Positions 1-14,860 of a stretch of 64,000 bases of DNA are shown in pieces. A program made the position numbers and the translations under genes. The stretch comes from the human T2T-CHM13v2.0 reference genome, Homo sapiens, in the NCBI RefSeq assembly GCF_009914755.1, contig NC_060926.1; one strand, written 5' to 3'. Each line of letters opens with the position of its first letter. Within the stretch, counting starts at the first letter, position 1. A model generated the notes under the pieces. The model worked only from the letters and a program-made list of their open reading frames with translations. It was not told the DNA's origin and searched no databases.

Positions 1-146
1 CTATGTGTGAATTATTGTTTCATCCACAAATAGGGCCAGAAAAAAACAAGTTGTCAGAGAAACTGAAAAACTATTCTCTCAATAGGATCAAAAGCATTTT
101 TGCTTGATGCCATCCCTTCTGGGACCGTTGGCCCTCATCCCCCATC

Positions 147-214
147 TTTTTTATCCTCATAGGTTACTGGGGTACAGGTGGCATTTGGTTACATGAGTAA
201 GGTCTTTAGTGGTG
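147..214 (-). mobile_element. Short L1PB-type 3' end fragment
   Basis: CATAGGTTACTGGGGTACAGGTGGCATTTGGTTACATGAGTAAGGTCTTTAGTGGTG resembles the L1PB 3' terminus. Confidence 0.65.
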
Positions 215-623
215 GCCCCATGTTCCATCTAGGCCGACTGTGCTCAGGGCCTCAGTGTGTGGGCTGGGGTATGGGGGTTCTTCCCTTCCTTTCTGTTCTG
301 TGTTCGTCCCTATTTCCTAGATTCTTTGGTGTTCTCTCTCTCCTTTTCCTTTCTTGCTCTGATGGAAGGTCCTTTCACGTCCTGTTTCTGGTTCAGTCCT
401 GAATCTGGAATCCAGAATTCAGGATTCTGCAGCAAAAACTCCAGCTATCCCACCTTCAGCTTTGCGCCACCCACCCTGGAAGGCAGTTCAGTTCTAGCGT
501 TCTCTGCTCTACTAAATTCACACGCTGGCCTTCCATCTTACAAGATTTGGTTGGTATTTCTCTGGGAAGTTTCTGGGCTTATACTGTTTTTATTCCTTAT
601 CATCATTTTAAAATTTTTATTAG

Positions 624-920
624 TTTTTTTGAGACAGAGTCTCACTCTGTCGCCTAGGCTGGTATGCAGTGGTGTGATCTTGGTTCACTGCAACCTCTGC
701 CTCCCAGGTTCAAGTGATTCTTCTGCCTCTACCTCCTGAATAGCTGGAACTACAGACGTACCACACCACGCCTGGCAATTTTTTTTTTTTTTTATTTCTT
801 AGTAGAGACGTGGTTTCACCACGTTGGCCAGGCTGGTCTTGAACTCCTGACCTCAAGTGATCCACCCGCCTCAGCCTCCCAAAGTGCTGAGATTACAGGT
901 GTGAGCCACTGCGCCCAGCC
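624..920 (-). mobile_element. Alu (AluS)
   Basis: Full dimeric Alu, reverse orientation. Confidence 0.95.
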
Positions 921-1113
921 CCTTATTTCCATTTTACAGTTTTGGGAGGAAGCAGAGATATATACACTTGTTCAGTTTACCAGAAGCCTGCTGAATGGGA
1001 ACTTGCAGCTTAGCAAGAAGACCCCCCCAGGTGACTCACATGCATATCAAATGTTTACAAACAGATTTACAGTTAGTTGCCATGTCTCATACCATTTTTT
1101 TTTTTCCTGGTAG

Positions 1114-1507
<394 letters not shown>

Positions 1508-1572
1508 TTAGTTAACTATATGCTAACATCTACACTACTCAGATTATAAATTGTAAAACGATCAGAATATTA

Positions 1573-1579
1573 GCGCGCG

Positions 1580-1628
<49 letters not shown>
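1573..1628. repeat. (GC)8(AC)20 compound microsatellite
   Basis: Read directly from the sequence. Confidence 0.97.
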
Positions 1629-1630
<2 letters not shown>

Positions 1631-1715
1631 GTTAATTTGTCTTAGGTAATTCTAAAGGAACACAGGTTTCATCACCAGGAGGATCAGGTATTTCATACAG
1701 GCTTGTCTGTGCAGG

Positions 1716-1959
<244 letters not shown>

Positions 1960-1984
1960 CCAAAAACAAAATAATGCTATTGGG

Positions 1985-2290
1985 GATCTGGATCACTGAG
2001 TGAAGGGTGGTGCCATCTGTCAAGTCAGGAAAGGCCGGGTAAGCGGGCTGCCCACTGTAGGGGATGAGAAGTTCTCTTTTGGATATTTAAGTTTAGATGC
2101 CTGTTAGACAACCATATGGAGATACTGATATAACTCTGGAGTTCTGAGAATGGCCAGGCTGGAGAAATCAATCTGAGAGTCATCTGCACACAGATGGGAT
2201 GTGAAGTCATAGGACTAGATTCCATCCAGGCAGGCCTGCAGAGGGAAAGGAGAAGGGGGTAGGATTGAGCCCCTGGGGTGCTCTAGAGCC
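1985..2290 (-). mobile_element. L2 fragment
   Basis: CTGGAGTTC...GGCTGGAGA...GAGTCATC...CAGATGG motif typical of antisense L2. Confidence 0.7.
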
Positions 2291-2943
2291 TAAAGCAGGC
2301 ATAGTGAAGGCATAGGAATTCCTATCAGAGCTCATATGGAATCACAGCATCTCAAAACAAACTAGAAGTTAAACTCACACCTATGTAATTGCCTGAATTG
2401 GATTAATATAATTCCATAAAGAGCTGTGTCTGAAGAAATCCTCTGATAATTCAGAAATTTTTAAAATCAATAGGCATGGTACAGACATGCAGAAAATCAT
2501 AATTAGGGTTTTAATGTTGCAAGACTACAGAAGATTTGCTTCATTATTAACCAAAAAAGGGTTACACAATGATGAGCACATTTGGTTGAATTGAGAAATA
2601 TAAATGAATCTATGTTTGGGGCATTTTACACTTCTGCCAAAGAATTTATCGGCACAATCTTTCAGCCAACACTGAACTAATAACATTTGATTTACATCCA
2701 AAAGCCAAAATACATTCCCAAAAGCCAGCCAAATACAAAGCTTCAGACTTCACTAAAGGTCCACAGTGAATGCTGAAACGTCCAAGCTCAGGACCGGCTA
2801 TAAACTCGGCAGTACTACATTAACCATGTGCAAACCAAACAACAGCCTCCTAAGGAGACAACTATTAAATATTTCCAGAAGGGGTTACGGATAGTAGAGT
2901 CAACATTTAGAATAAGATCAGATAGACATCCATTTCCTTTAAA

Positions 2944-3222
2944 AGACAGGGTCTCACTCTGTTGCCCAGGCTGGAGTGCAGTGGTGCATGCATCAAAGCT
3001 CACTGCAGCCTCGAACTCTTGAGCTCAAGTGATCCTCCTGCCTCGGCCTCCTGAGTAGCTGGGACTACAGGCGTGTGCCACTGCACCTGGATAATTTTTT
3101 TAAAACTTTGTGTATAAGTGGAGTTTCCCAGGCTGGTCTTGAACTCCTGGGCTCAAGCAATCCCCCCACCTTGGCCTCCTAAAATGCTGGGATTACATGC
3201 GTGAGCCACTACGCCCATCTGG
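2944..3222 (-). mobile_element. Alu (AluJ-like)
   Basis: Diverged dimeric Alu, reverse orientation. Confidence 0.9.
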
Positions 3223-3304
3223 GATAGACATTTTTACGACACAAAGAAATCCTCAAAATACTAAAGACTAATTGAAATCGCATTAGTGGAAATGTAGTCC
3301 AAGG

Positions 3305-3440
3305 AGTAGCATCATGGGCAGCACCCAAAAGCTGAAGAAAAAAGCACCATCTCAGGCCCCACCCCAGGCCTGCTGAATGGGAACTTGCAACTTAGCAGGA
3401 AGACCCCACGTGACTCACATGCATATCAAAGCACTGGTCT
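3305..3440. mobile_element. MER5A-like DNA transposon fragment
   Basis: ATCTCAGGCCCCACCCCAG-CCT-CTGAAT...GTGA-TC...ATGCA pattern. Confidence 0.7.
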
Positions 3441-3576
3441 GAAAGGCCTAGACCTCAGGTGCTTGGTACTGCCTGTTCTGAGCCATAATTAGGTGAATAT
3501 CATGCTCAAAATTTCATATACAACACTCTACTCCAGAAGCAGCAGGAGAATCAGTTTCCTAAAAAGGAACATTTGT

Positions 3577-3890
3577 GGCCAGGTGTGGTGGCTCACTCCT
3601 GTAATCCCAGTACTTTGGGAGGCCGAGGCAGGTGGATCACCTTAGGTCAGGAGTTAGAGACCAGCCTGGCTAACATGGTGAAACCCCGTCTCTACTAAAA
3701 ATACAAAAACTAGCTGGGCATGGTGGCGGATGCCTGTAGTCCCAGCTACTCAGGAGGCTGAGGCAGGAGAACTCTTGAACGCCCAGGAGACGGAGATTGC
3801 AGTAAGCCGAGATCACGCCACTGCACTCCAGCCTGGGCAACAGAGTGAGACTCCGTCTCAAAAAAAAAAAAAAGAAAGAAAGAAAAAGAA
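3577..3890 (+). mobile_element. Alu (AluS)
   Basis: Full Alu flanked by AACATTTGT on both sides. Confidence 0.95.
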
Positions 3891-6586
3891 GAAACATTTG
3901 TGCTAGTAATGTTCTCCTTAATTGTTTTAAGAATTATGTGTAGGCAGGCAACCATGTTAAATAAAGGGAAAGTCTGTAATCAAATATACTCACAAAGTTA
4001 ACCATATATATTACATGTATTAGTGAACTGCATGGAAACTAGATATAAGCGCAAGTATATACTACTTGTCTATGCCAAACCAAGTTGTTTCAAAATCTCC
4101 TCTCATCTCTTTATTGGATGGCTAAACAGTCTCAGTAATGAGTTTCTCAGGGAGTTTTCTCTAGGAGCACATAATTTAATGCAGATATTCATTCATACTA
4201 TACCCTATTCATTCATTCAGCAGATACTTCTTGAGCCTCTATTATGCCAGGCACTGAAGACAGCAATGAGTAAAACAGGCAGACACCTTGCCTCCTGTGC
4301 AGAGAGAGGGGACCTGGGGTCCCCAGGAGCTGGAGTGTCAACAGACCCCCAACTTTGGGACACAAGATCAAAGAGAAGCCACCTAGCGAGCAAACAGGAC
4401 TGGCTGTAGGTCTATAAAAAACACGTGCCTGTTTCTTACAAATGAGGGCACAGCCCAGTTATCCATGTACTACCTCCCCAGCATGAACAGACCACCTTTC
4501 CCTTCTGCCAAACAAACACCTCCCCCAACAACAGCACACCCCTGGGCCCTTTTATGATCTAACCTCACTTAGCTCCAGGCACCTGCTCCCTAACAGGCCT
4601 TTAATTCCTCACTTTCCCTCCTGCCTTGTGACTACATCTGGCAAGGTGTTTTTCTTCTGTCACACGTTATAAACACGTTGTAGAGATACTATAAACAATA
4701 ATTATGACAATAATGACAATTTGCTAATATTTACCGTGTGCTTTTCTTATGTGCCAAGCATTAGCTCATCTAAATGTATATACATCAGCCCATTTTCCAG
4801 GAGAGAAAATTAAGGCTTAGCGTTTATGTCACTACCCTACGTCTCATGACCAACAAGTGGCAGAATCAGGACTTAATGACCTTCTTATGGTACTTTCCAC
4901 CTTGGTGGAGAAGAGCATGGAGATGACATAGTCATTGAGGTGATATATAGTGATAGTGATAGAGGAAGTCGTTATCCAGGGAGTTACTGAAATGTCCTTT
5001 TCAACCTTCCTTTTATCATTCAAATAGCAGTTAACAAGGACAAATTGCTGCAAATCATCCTCGATTTTCCCTCTTGCTTGGATCTTATTTTATTCTGATC
5101 CCAAATATTCCTAGCTAACATGTTTAAGGCTGAGTCTTTTCCCCCTCTCATCACACACTCATTACAAATGCAAATAACTGTGAATGACTGTCCAAACGAG
5201 CAGGACAAAACTCCCCCAATTAAGTCCAATACACACACCTGAACTTACTGGGGCTTCAACGCCCCCAGAAGATTAATCAGCACCATGGGGCTCCTGAGAA
5301 CACAAAGGCTATTTTGTGGGAGTGATACGGCACTGCAATCCTCTTTTCTGTGATTACACCTCATTTTATAACAATGTTCAGACATTTGGTTTGAGCAAGT
5401 ATAGTAATTACATTTCTCACTTTGAACTAATTTAAGCAGCTACATCTGAGCTCCTCCACAAGTCCTCAGGCTTACCAGCCCTTCTCCTCCCACCCAGAGC
5501 ACTCCTATTTGAGAAGACCCGGACTTCTTTGCTAAGTGACTGTTCCCACTTTCTGTCAGGCACTCCATAATTCAAACCTATTTCTCCAAGCTGACCCTCT
5601 TGCAATGGGCAGAACACCCCCGCACTTTCTTCCTGGCACTCATTTGGAGGAGCCCTGTAGAAAAACAACCAGGCAACCAGACTCTCCCACTATCCAACTG
5701 TGTGACCTGGATTTAACTCCCCAGGCCTCAGAGTCCTCATCTGTTAAATGGTGCTCCTGGCCTCTATGTTGGTGATGACACTTCTTTGGGCTGAGAGTGC
5801 TACCATGAGATTATAAAAGCGAACCACCCCACGGTGGCAGGTCCTTCAGAGCCACAAAGACCCTGCTGGAGGCAGAAAATTCTGCTAAATGTGCCCTGCA
5901 AAGAAAATGCTGAGAAGCCAGGATTTCTTAATACTTGACACCCAAACTTACCATCCACCAACTTTCCAATCCTCCCACCCCATTCTTATAATTTACTCTT
6001 TATAGAGGTCAAGAATAAATGGAAATGTTAACAGAGAGCAACACCAACCCTTCCCCCCAAATCAAAGATCCTGGTTTTGCTAGGCAGGACCCAATATTTT
6101 ATCCACTCATGTCTGTGCACACAAGTTTGTTTGTAAGACTGCAAGCTTTTAGAAAGGCAGTGACAAGGAGCCTCACTAGTTGTAGAAATAAAGTTGGTCA
6201 TTATACTCTTCGTGCACCACATGTGAGATGTCCTGACATTCCACCTCTGGGGGAGGTTTTGGGAAGTAGGGGTGGAAATGGAAGGTTGGGGGCAGAAAGC
6301 AACTCACACTTCACTTTCCTTCTGCTTAGCACATCAGCCCACCTTGCTGTACACAAGAGGCAGGCTAAAAATAGTAACATCGTTTTCCTTTCCACCCTTG
6401 CAGGGAGCTAACCTGTTCCACCAGAATGGCCTGATAAAGGCAGCCGCACTTCCTTAGAGATAAAATCCACCTTTCCTGAGAGCTCAGCCTTGAGAGTGAG
6501 GCAGGGCCCTCCATCAAGCTGCCTGCCTTGGAGGCTCAGGCAGGGCTCTGGTCCAAGTTACTGGACAGTGGAAAGTTTAGTCTCTC

Positions 6587-6869
6587 TTTTTTTTTTTTTT
6601 TGAGACGGAGTCTCGCTCTGTCGCCCAGGCTGGAGTGCAGTGGTGCCATCTCGGCTCACTGCAAGCTCCACCTCCTGGGTTCACGCCATTCTCCTGCCTC
6701 AGCTCCTGAGTAGCTGGGACTACAGGCACCCACCACCATGCCCGGCTAATTTTTTGTATTTTTAGTAGAGATGGGGTTTCACCATGTTAGCCAGGATGGT
6801 CTCGATCTCCTGACCCCATGATCTGCCCGCCTTGGCCTCCCAAAGTGCTGGAATTACAGGTGTGAGCCA
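6587..6869 (-). mobile_element. AluY-type element
   Basis: GCAAGCTCC and TTCACGCCATTCTC diagnostics; TAGTCTCT on both flanks. Confidence 0.92.
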
Positions 6870-8257
6870 TAGTCTCTTTCTCAAATGGGGCGCTGGCTCC
6901 TTTTTTTTTTTTTTTTTTTTTTGCTAAAAGTCCCATGACAGAAGGATTCTGACTTCACAGCTAATGTGAACTGACAATGAAGACTCCCAAACCACAATAA
7001 CTTAACAGGAAACTGAGGTGGCTGCAGGTGTGTGTGTGTGCGTGTGTTGTGTATTGGGGGGCATTTTGGGGGGCATTTTGATTGTCTTCATCAAGTCAAG
7101 ATTCAGCACGAGGGGGTTCTAATCTATTGCTGTGTAGCCATGAGAGCTGCAATCAAGAAGGTAGGTGCATGGCATGCAAACTTCCTCTCTGCAGGGGGTG
7201 GGAAGTGCTGCCAACTTAAAGCTTATCTCATTCTGAGTCTTCATGTCAATGACTGTCATGCACATCCCTGTTCACATGCCTTGGAAATCTAGGTTTGGGT
7301 GTCTGGTTTGGTTAAACCAAAAGATCAACTCTCCTCAGCTGGATCACTTGTCCTTTCACCCGTGGAGACGCGGTATCCACTCATGCCTCCGTGCACACAG
7401 GTAGACAGAAAAGGGTGGGAAAGGTGGAGCACAGGGAACCTCCCCATAACTCCAACTGGAGGACAGTTCTCTCTTCCACTCTTGGGAGTGTCTTAAAATA
7501 CTAACATGACCGAGTGCAAAGCTCTAGCTATATTTTTACTTCTCAGAACAAACAACAACAAAATATCAAAAGCTGGGCAAGGGAGCCAGAGGTCTAAAGG
7601 GGCAAGAAGAAAGAATGTTATCAAAACGATTATGACATGGTCCCTGTGTAGAGAGGCATTCCCTAATAGGCCACCAACCCAGGCTATCTTCCTTTTACCC
7701 ATCAGTCTGATTTCAGCTCCTCATAAAACCAGTCTCTTGAGCTTCTCTCCTTGCCTGCTGGTTCCATCTTCTTAAGATCTTATCAGAGGAGCAAGATCCT
7801 TCCCTTCTGCCCAGACCTTGGGTCCTTTCAACAAAGCTTTAGGCTGAAACTTCTTTCCAGACACCAGTAATGATCACCCGGCATGTATTAGGCACCTCAA
7901 ACATGTCAGACACTGCTGCGGACACTTTCATGTGCTACATGTAATTTAATCCTCACAAGCCTCATACTATGAGTCCTATTTGACAGACAAGAAAGCTAAA
8001 GTTTGGGAAGATAAATATGCAGTATAAGGTAGAGTCAGAATTCAAAATCAGCTCCCCTGACTTTGAGGCAGAAGCTGTTTTTATGATGCCACAGATTCCT
8101 GTAGGAATTCCTTGTATCCCTTCTTCTCTGAATTGATCATAGAGCTCCAGGCAAATTGCTCGGACCAGAACCAGAGCCCCCTTCCAATGTCTGTATGTAT
8201 AATCCCAGTCGCCAGCCTCAGGAATTAGTCAGTTACATAAGGGGACTTTTGAAGTTC

Positions 8258-8541
<284 letters not shown>

Positions 8542-8877
8542 TCTAAAGTTCTTAATAGCCCATAAATATTGCCCTAATTCTGCCTTTCATCATAACCCTT
8601 ATATCCTATAGTCCTTAGCCTGTGTGAGACCACAATTACCTGTAGATATCTCAAAAGTCACAGATGTCATTTACAGATCACCTCTTCATCGACCCCAGAC
8701 CTTTATGCACATAAATCAACTGACTTAATACAACAGCCCAGAAAAGGAAGTATTATGAGCCCTTTTTCTATATTCAAGGACACTGAAGTTTTTGAAAGGT
8801 TCAGGTAATTTAACACTGGTCGCACAGCTAATAAGCAGCAAAGGGAAATTCACACCCAGGTCTGTCCTAGTCTAAGA

Positions 8878-9175
8878 GGTACTGTCTAACACAGTAGCAG
8901 CCAGCAGCCACAAGTGGCACTGAGCACATGAAAATGGAGATGTGCTCCAATTATAACATACAAGCGGCATTTTGCAGGTGTAGTACAAAAAAAGAATGTG
9001 AAATACTTCATTAGCAATTTAAAACATTAACTGTTGAAATGAGAATTTTTAGATACACTAAATAATAGACTAAAATTAATTTCACCTGTTTCTATTTACT
9101 TTTTTAACACCCCTATCAGAACATTTAAAATTACATATGTGGCCTATGTTGTATTTCTATTGGACAGCACTAGTC
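8878..9175. mobile_element. MER33/MER3-like hAT-Charlie element
   Basis: CTGTCTAA...AGCCACAAGTGGC...ATTACATATGTGGC...TATTTCTATTGGACAGCAC termini. Confidence 0.75.
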
Positions 9176-9416
9176 TAAATCCTATGATTTTACCAAGTTC
9201 TACTGCCTCCCTATAATAACACAGCTTTTAGCAATTTACATCTCATGCACTATTTAAAAATGAATAAAGCCACCTTGACATCCTCACTTCTAGTAACAAG
9301 AATTTTGTTTCCTGGCAAGACTGATTTGAGTGCTAATAAAACTCCAGTTTCCTGCAAAAAAAAAAAAAAAAAAAAAGAATTTTGTGTTCTGATGAAGACT
9401 TTCAAGAGAAATTTTA

Positions 9417-9946
<530 letters not shown>

Positions 9947-10140
9947 TCAAATGATCTGCAAGCAGCCTACACAGGGGTGTCTCTCTCGCTCTCTCTCTGT
10001 CTCTCTCCTGCCCATGCTGGGTTCTTTAGCATCGTTCATGGCATCTGATTATACCTCTCAGGCAGAATCTCCTTTTAAAATCACTATTTATACTCGTCAT
10101 CCCAGTTCTTCCACTCACTAGGTAAAAATGGTTCCCAACT

Positions 10141-10486
<346 letters not shown>

Positions 10487-11508
10487 TCAGTTAGCTTGAA
10501 AGATGTAATGCAGAGGGTCTATCGTGAGACGGGAAGGAGCCTATTGTACTTGTAGACTTTTCCTTTGGAGAGTGGTTCTCAGTGCAGGGCAACCAACTGC
10601 CATCGGGACAGGGGTCATGGTCTGCACAGAAGGACCTCAGACTGTTTGTTCGAGGTGCCTTCACTGTGGAAAACCTATCAGAGGATGCGCTTGACCTACT
10701 GCAATTGCTAACTCTAAGGGTTAGTTCTCTTTCAGGGTTTTCCATTTTTATATTATAATCATCATCTGCTGCAGCAGCTACCTTTAAAAGAAAAAAAGTT
10801 TGCTTTCCACGTACCAGGTGCTGTGCTGAGCACTTGGCCCACATTATCTCATTTAATCCTCCAGCAATCTTTTGAGGAATTACTTTGTGTACTTTCTGGA
10901 CCCAGGCAAGACTCAGATTCAACAGCAGGCTCTGATAGCAACATTGAGGGACACCGAGCCTCTCTTTCCTTCTTTCCTAACATTGCTGTGATATCCCTGC
11001 TGCTTGCGGTGGGAGGGCGATTGAATTGGTTGCAAAAGTGCTAATATGGCATCGTTTAATAGTTACTTAAATTACATGCTTTTAAACAGCACTCCCACAT
11101 GATGACATGACAAATGGTACTTATTCCTATATGCTGAAACGGGCCACACATGCATAGGTTGTGTGAAGTAAATGGCTTGAAGGGACTTGTGAAATTAAGC
11201 TACAACAGGGGACAAAAGTGAGGGATGGAATGTTGGCCTGAACAGCTCACTTCCTTGCTTTAATTGGCTTCTATCTTAGTGTTAATTGACTTTGAGTTAA
11301 GTGGCTTTCATACAAATCAAGGAAAGCTGACCTTTGGAACGCTGGTGACTTGTTGGGTAAATATGTCTTTATGGACTTCATAAAATTCAGATTGTGTAAA
11401 CACATACTCAGGAACTATTAAAAAGCACTGGGTGGCTAGAGTAAGGCACAGAGGTGGCCTTTAGGATTGAGTACTCCGTAGTTTAACATTTAAGAAAATG
11501 AACAGCAA

Positions 11509-11827
11509 GACCAGGCGCGGTGGCTCACGCCTGTAATCCCAGCACTTTGGGGGCCGAGGCAGGCGGATCACAAGGTCAATAGACGGAGACCATCCTGGCC
11601 AACACGGTGAAACTTCATCTCTACTAAAGATACAAAAAAATTAGCCGGGTGTGGTGGCAGGCGCCTGTAGTCCCAGCTACCCAGGAGGCTGAGGCAGGAG
11701 AATGGCATGAACCCAGGAGGCAGAGCTTGCAGTGAGCCGACATGCACCACTGCACTCCAGCCTGGGCGACACAGTGAGACTGTCTCAAAAAAAAAAAAGA
11801 AAAGAAAGAAAGAAAAAGAAAAAGAAA
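11509..11827 (+). mobile_element. Alu (AluY/Sc-like)
   Basis: TSD AAGAAAATGAACAGCAAG at 11492-11509 and 11828-11845. Confidence 0.93.
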
Positions 11828-11864
11828 AAGAAAATGAACAGCAAGGATGCAATGACAATTTAGG

Positions 11865-12030
11865 AGGTGAATCTCAAACTGTGGATGTAGGCAGAGGAAT
11901 CACCTGGAGATAATTTCAAAAACGCAGATTCCCTAGACCCCATACTCATGGAGGCAGATTCAGGAGGCCTGGGTGGGCAGCAGACACTGGAGTACTGACT
12001 CTGAGTAGGTGGCCTAGGACCAGCTTCAAG
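11865..12030. mobile_element. MER5-family fragment
   Basis: TCTCAAACT...GAATCACCTGGAGA...AAAACGCAGATTCC pattern. Confidence 0.6.
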
Positions 12031-12042
12031 AAAAAATGATTT

Positions 12043-12624
12043 TGAAACCATCCCTACAGGGCTGACAAGAATTGCAAGCCAGATTCTGGACAGAAATACA
12101 GTTGTAATTAAGGACTAATTGGGCTGCACTCTGGCCCATTTCCTTGTTGCTAAAAGTCACCTAGCACTAGATATTGACTATTTGCAATCCCATTGTTCCT
12201 AGAGGTAGATTTCTGGCAACAGGGTCATATGACTGTTTAAGAGTGGATTTGCATCCCTGTTGTTCCTATAGACTGGATCTCTGACATTAGTCAGAGGCTT
12301 TTGTTTAATGATCCTTTGTTTTTCAGCAACCAGTTTGAAGACCCCCCACCCCAAGAGGAATGAGATCAGTATGAGAATACAGCTTCTTCATCTCCTTGCC
12401 CTGAGACTTTATGCTGCACTCTTTAATCAATCAATGATCTTCACATTTTGGCCCACTCCAAAACCCTTAAAAATCCTAGTCTCAAACTCCACAGGAAGAT
12501 GGATTTGAAGTTTCCTCCCATGTCCTCATTTGGCAGTCCTACAGTTAAACTTTTCTCTGCTGCAACCCTGTGTCTCATTGCATTGACTTGCGTGCACATC
12601 AGCAACTGACCTATTATGGTTACA
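12043..12624 (+). mobile_element. ERV1-class solo LTR (LTR26/LTR8-like, MER4 group)
   Basis: TGAAACC...GGTTACA termini, 4-bp TSD ATTT on both sides, 582 bp. Confidence 0.85.
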
Positions 12625-14000
12625 ATTTTGGCACTATAAGCAGATCATTCACCTTCTTCCCCACCAAAGAATACCACCCAGGAATTCAAAGACCAGAGTC
12701 CTTCACCTATAAGTGGGCTGATCCTTGGAACAGTGGGGAACTCCTTTCCCCATCCTTGCCTCGGAACCAATAAATTGTCCAGCAAGTGACCATACTGACA
12801 CCAAGAGGACCTTCTTTTTTGCCTACCCCTCTCAAGGGGAGAGATGTTTCTCCTCTAAGGCCCAGGTGCTGATGGTGACCAACATACTTTCAAGAGAAAA
12901 CCAGTGGTGCAGGCTCCATTAAGGACAGCATGCATTTTTTCCATGCCAACAGCCTGGAGCCTTTACCCTGACGGTGGCCTCAAAGCCACCCTAGACTGCA
13001 CAGGGAGGCCAGCCAATACCCACAGTGCCTAAGAGGCTGAGGCCTCTGGAAAAGCATCTCATTTCTGGGTTCCCACGTTATGAAGAGATGTGGCTGTATC
13101 TGTCCACTGATCAGGAAACCAGGATAATGTTTGGCCAACAGAAGAGAAGAGAGGAAACCCTCTGTGTTGTGTTGTCTGCAGGGCGGTCAAAACAACAGAG
13201 AATTGGTTATCGCTGCTGCAGAGGGCAGTGGTTCCACAGAAGAACTTGCTGACGATTAGAGCTGCATACCCAAGTCACCGTGCAAGTGGGACCCAGGCAT
13301 TCCACATCAAGCACACATCTAAGCATAAGCTGCAGGGCCAGCCAGTGTGGTAAGACAGGGCATCCTTCTCAGCTCCCTTGATTGGCATATTTTCTGATCC
13401 TGTGTTTCAGTCCCTGGGGGGTCTGAGTGCTTCCATCACAAATAGCCCTAACTCCAAAGCTTATCAGAGTGGTTCATCAAGACATTTGTTTTTTCTACTG
13501 AACATACAGACTGCCAAATGTGGTGACTTAAGTATTCCCAAGGCCAGAAAGCGTCAAATCTATAAACAGTTTATGAATGAGTATAAATTTTCAACAATCA
13601 AGAATGAGTACTTGTTGGTAAGAGTTAGTGTGTGTAGTTTTATTGAAAAAGTCACAAAAAACTCTAAGTTGTTAACATTCCCACTCTAGGGATATACCGT
13701 CCCAGAAAATGCTAACAATCCAATTTACACCAACATGCTACTAGTAAAACTACTTAAAGAGAGAAACATTAAGTCTTAAAAAAATTAAAAAGGTGGGAGG
13801 CTGAGCATTTTCAAAGAACAATTTGTTTTTTCACAGGCATGCATGACAGCACATACTCATTCTCAAACATGTTTGTTTGAATTAAGTGATTCTTAATTTC
13901 ATCTGCTAAATGCTGAATTGTCCCTTCTCCAAATAGGGGAAAGGAGGAAGGGCTGCCTTGCTTGGTTTTTACACGTGTGTGAGTACTACATTTTTCACAT

Positions 14001-14132
14001 TATCATCGCCTATCATCAGTATAACCTCTGAAGCTAATATTCCTGCTGCCTTTGAGAACCACGGAGTATCATCGCCTATCATCAGTATAACCTCTGAAGC
14101 TAATATTCCTGCTGCCTTTGAGAACCACGGAG
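14001..14132. repeat. Perfect 2 x 66 bp tandem duplication
   Basis: 14001-14066 is identical to 14067-14132. Confidence 0.98.
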
Positions 14133-14630
14133 GCTGTGAATGTGAAGTACTTGCCCAAGGGCCTATCAGTTGTCATGGAGGAGTCTTTCTTCAACCTTGG
14201 TCCCCTGAATGTCTGGGAAGGGGCCATCATTCCCACCACCCACAACTAAGACCCAGCTCTGCTGTTTGCTCTACTGCCAGGTCATTCAGACTTCTACAGC
14301 ATTCTCAGAGGTTCCAACCCCTTGTCAAGATGCATTAGTACTATAGAAAGTAATGTACATGCTTGGTGAACTGCAGGAACCTTAAGGAGATGCAAGACTT
14401 TGGCCATTACTGGAGTAATCTCAAAGTTGATCTTCTTTAAATTTCTGTGAAGGGAGCTTTTGGGGCGGGACAGGGAGAACAGAGTTGCAGAGGGGACTAG
14501 GCAGGAATTGATTGGGAGCTAGAAATCTATAAATAAGGATGTAAAAGCCAGATAGTTGTGTCCAGGATTCCATTTTTCAGGAGGGAAGTGTTTCTCTGAG
14601 TCATTAGTTGACTCTATCCCGTTTAAAAAA

Positions 14631-14860
14631 TTTTTTTTTTGTTTTGGTAGACACAGAGTCTTGCTATGTTGCCCAGGCTGGTCTTGAATTCCTGTTCTCC
14701 TGTCTTAGCTTCCCAAACTATTGGGATTACAGGCGTGAGCCATCACAACTAGCCTAAACAAAATGTTTTAATCATACTAAAATATACATAACATAAAACT
14801 TACCACTTTAACCATTTTTATACAATTCAGTGGCATTAAGTACATTCACGCTGTTGTGTA
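14631..14860 (-). mobile_element. Alu monomer (14631-14755) next to an L1M 3' fragment (14765-14860)
   Basis: Alu left-arm sequence; AATATACATAACATAAAA...CAGTGGCATTAAGTACATTCAC is an L1MB-type end. Confidence 0.75.

Noticed and set aside
6901-6922. Isolated poly(T)22, and poly(A) near 9356-9376, as processed-pseudogene tails
   Set aside because: No adjacent mRNA-like body or convincing TSD.
13958-14338. 126-aa ORF with an internal 22-aa repeat
   Set aside because: A by-product of the 66-bp duplication (a multiple of 3); TTG start and no other coding evidence.
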